From: an uncultured Chloroflexia bacterium
GTDB taxonomy: Bacteria; Chloroflexota; Limnocylindria; Limnocylindrales; CSP1-4
DNA: 64,000 bases
Direction: 5' to 3'
Assembly (NCBI GenBank): GCA_963704775.1
Contig: CAVPHR010000003.1
Location: 14,050-78,049 of the forward strand
This document shows positions 62,058 to 64,000 of this stretch, one piece after another; position 1 is the first letter of the stretch; the number at the start of each line of letters is the position of its first letter. Made by a program: the position numbers and the translations under genes. The notes beneath the pieces were generated by a model that worked only from the letters and a program-made list of their open reading frames with translations, did no database searches and was not told the DNA's origin.

Positions 62058-62750
62058 GTGCCGGCTCCACGGTCGTCGACGAAGCGATAGCCCGACGCCG
62101 TAGACCGTCAGCACGTACCGCGGCTCGCGCGGATCCGGCTCCACCTTGCGGCGCAGGTTCTTGATGTGCGAGTCGATCGCCCGCTCGTACGACTCGAAGG
62201 CGACGCCACGGAGCGCGTCGAGGAGCTGGGACCGGGTGAAGATCCGGCCCGGGCTGGCCGCGAGCGTGGCCAGCAGCCCGAACTCGGTCGCGGTGAGGTC
62301 GACCGTCCGCCCGGCGACCTCGGCACGCATCCGGGGCACATCGAGGACCACGTCGCCTGCCCGGATGACGTCGCCCGGCTCGGCGGTCCGCTCGGTGCGT
62401 CGCAGGACGGCCTTGACGCGCGCGACGAGCTCGCGCGGGGAGAACGGCTTGGTCAGGTAGTCGTCGGCGCCCATCTCGAGCCCGAGCAGCTTGTCGAGCT
62501 CGTCGTCGCGCGCGGTCAGCATCACGATCGGGATCGAGGAGTCGCGACGGAGCTCGCGGGTGACCTCGAGACCGTCGAGGCCGGGCAGGCCGAGGTCGAG
62601 GACGATGAGATCGGGGTGCTGGCGCCGCGCGGTCTCGACGGCGCTCGGGCCATCGGCTGCCGTCAGCACGGCGAAGCCCGCGTGCTCGAGGTAGTCGCGC
62701 GCGAGCTGGACGATCTTGGCTTCGTCGTCGACGACGAGGACGGTTCGCAT
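62054..62750 (-). CDS. OmpR-family response regulator
   Basis: VLVVDDE, LDLGLPG, GADDYLTKPFSPREL, IDSHIKNLRRK, TVYGVG. Confidence 0.95.
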
Positions 62751-62783
62751 GATGGCCATCGTAGAGGGGTGGGGGAGACGGGA

Positions 62784-62812
62784 GCGCCCCCGGGGATGAT
62801 GCCCGGGGGCGC
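62784..62812. terminator. GC hairpin, probable terminator of the upstream minus-strand gene
   Basis: GCGCCCCCGGG-N7-CCCGGGGGCGC. Confidence 0.55.
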
Positions 62813-62833
62813 GTGGGAGGGAGGGAGAGCCGG

Positions 62834-63298
62834 TCAGCCGGCGGGCGGCGTCGACGTCGGCGGGTTGGCGGTCGGCGGGTTGGTCGTCTGACCCGATCCG
62901 TCGCCGTGGGCCTGGCGATGCCAGTCCTCGAACGTGCCGTGGAACTTCGATGCGAAGTGGTCACGACGGGCGTCGGGGTCCCAGCCCGGGCCGCCCCAGC
63001 CGGGTCCGCCCCAGCCGCCGCGACGGCCGCGGCCGCCCCAGACGATGGCCCGGATCAGCGCGAACACGATGAACAGGAAGAACAGCGTGAACAGGAAGCC
63101 GAAGAACCCGAAGCCGAAGCCGAAGGGATGCCAGCCGTACCCGTAGGCGGGCACGACGACCGGATTGACGACGGTGGCGCCGTCGGCGGCGGCCTGGGTG
63201 ACCGCGGTATTGACGCCTGCTTGATAGGCGGTGGTGGCGATGATCCCGCCGCCGACCGCGAGGACGGCGACCAGGACGATCGCGGCGATGATTCGCAT
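62834..63298 (-). CDS. Membrane protein with Gly/Trp/Pro-rich tail
   Basis: Two TM segments, AYQAG, GWGGPGWGGPGW, FEDWHRQAH; AGGAG RBS. Confidence 0.8.
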   Translation of the reverse strand: MRIIAAIVLVAVLAVGGGIIATTAYQAGVNTAVTQAAADGATVVNPVVVPAYGYGWHPFGFGFGFFGFLFTLFFLFIVFALIRAIVWGGRGRRGGWGGPGWGGPGWDPDARRDHFASKFHGTFEDWHRQAHGDGSGQTTNPPTANPPTSTPPAG

Positions 63299-63371
63299 GG
63301 TTCGTGGTGCTCCTTGAGAGGTTGCTCGGGGATCCACCTCGGATCCCGTCTGTCCCCACCATCGCGCCGCC

Positions 63372-63390
63372 GTGTGGAGTCGGTGTGGAG
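63372..63390 (-). promoter_or_regulatory. Direct repeat CTCCACAC x2 (11-bp period), putative OmpR-type box
   Basis: GTGTGGAG-tcg-GTGTGGAG upstream of the membrane-protein gene and TCS. Confidence 0.5.
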
Positions 63391-63506
63391 GCGCGGTGGC
63401 GGGGTGGTCGAGATGGCGAACGGCCTGTATGCACGATTTCGACGCCGGCAAGGGATCGCGTGCCTATGCGTGTCGGATGCATATCGCGGCGGGAGATGAG
63501 CAGGTA

Positions 63507-63535
63507 TTGACAGTGCGACGTTCCACTGGCACAAT
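63507..63535 (+). promoter_or_regulatory. Leaderless sigma70 promoter with a palindrome in the spacer
   Basis: TTGACA-17 nt-CACAAT (extended TG), 6 nt before ATG; CAGTG-N8-CACTG dyad. Confidence 0.72.
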
Positions 63536-63541
63536 CGACCC

Positions 63542-64000
63542 ATGTCCGATGACGTCCGCTACTCGCTCACCGAACTGGCCGACCTGGCCGGGGTGACGCC
63601 GCGCACGGTTCGCTACTACCTCTCTAGCGGCCTGCTGCCGGGTGTCGGCCCGTCCGGGCCCGGTTCCAAGTACGGCGAGGAGCATCTGCGTCGTCTGCGC
63701 CTCATCCGGCGGCTCCAGCGCGACCACCTGCCGCTCGCAGAGATCCGGCGACGTCTCGACGAGCTCGACGACGATGCCATCCGCGGCCTGACCGAGGCCG
63801 AGGACGCCCCGCCGCCGCCCGACACGGCGCTCGACTACGTCCGATCCGTCCTCGCGTCGACCCGACCGGCCACGGGCGGACCGGCGTTCTTCGCCCTCTC
63901 GATCGAGCCCGCCAGCCCCCGTTCACGCAAGCACGAGCAGCCCAGCCAGCATCGCCGAATCGGTCGGCGAGTACACCAGCCCGACGACCAACCCGGTCGA
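63542..64000 (+). CDS. MerR-family transcriptional regulator (3' truncated; absent from ORF track)
   Basis: Hand translation MSDDVRYSLTELADLAGVTPRTVRYYLSSGLLP..KYGEEHLRRLRLIRRLQRDHLPLAEIR. Confidence 0.92.
   Translation, partial: MSDDVRYSLTELADLAGVTPRTVRYYLSSGLLPGVGPSGPGSKYGEEHLRRLRLIRRLQRDHLPLAEIRRRLDELDDDAIRGLTEAEDAPPPPDTALDYVRSVLASTRPATGGPAFFALSIEPASPRSRKHEQPSQHRRIGRRVHQPDDQPGR

Overview
Very GC-rich bacterial chromosomal segment. Gene content and order suggest Chloroflexota, possibly Limnocylindria (inference, not verified). Many essential genes carry 1-bp frameshifts (argF, glmM, alr, tsaEBD, glyQS, ppdK). These look like uncorrected long-read indels rather than pseudogenes, so many CDS are reported as merged spans. 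1-27.8 kb is one long + strand housekeeping run: the end of the ribosomal superoperon (map to rpsI), argF, a TPR protein, cdaA-cdaR-glmM-glmS, acpS, nnrD, alr, tsaE-tsaB-rimI-tsaD, rsmA, ispE, ridA, glmU and a CBS-domain membrane protein. A four-gene uncharacterised module sits between alr and tsaE (macro domain, small acidic protein, orphan GlmL-like ASKHA protein, hybrid/KOW-like protein). 27.8-64 kb is mixed: a prenyltransferase, recO, glyQS, FNR, ppdK, NDH-2, malic enzyme plus ADH, two OmpR/BaeS-type two-component systems, a very large S8 protease ending in a malectin domain, DUF2330 plus cupredoxin, an M14 carboxypeptidase and a partial MerR regulator. Best candidates for undescribed systems: (1) a DUF1326-DUF2182-TetR-Ser hydrolase-Cys hydrolase-glycosyltransferase locus with a tandem palindromic operator over its promoter; (2) the macro/GlmL-like module; (3) a ~190 bp intergenic element built from nested hairpins. 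Leaderless promoters (TANNNT 6-7 nt before the start codon) recur across the window. No tRNA, rRNA, CRISPR array or transposase was seen.
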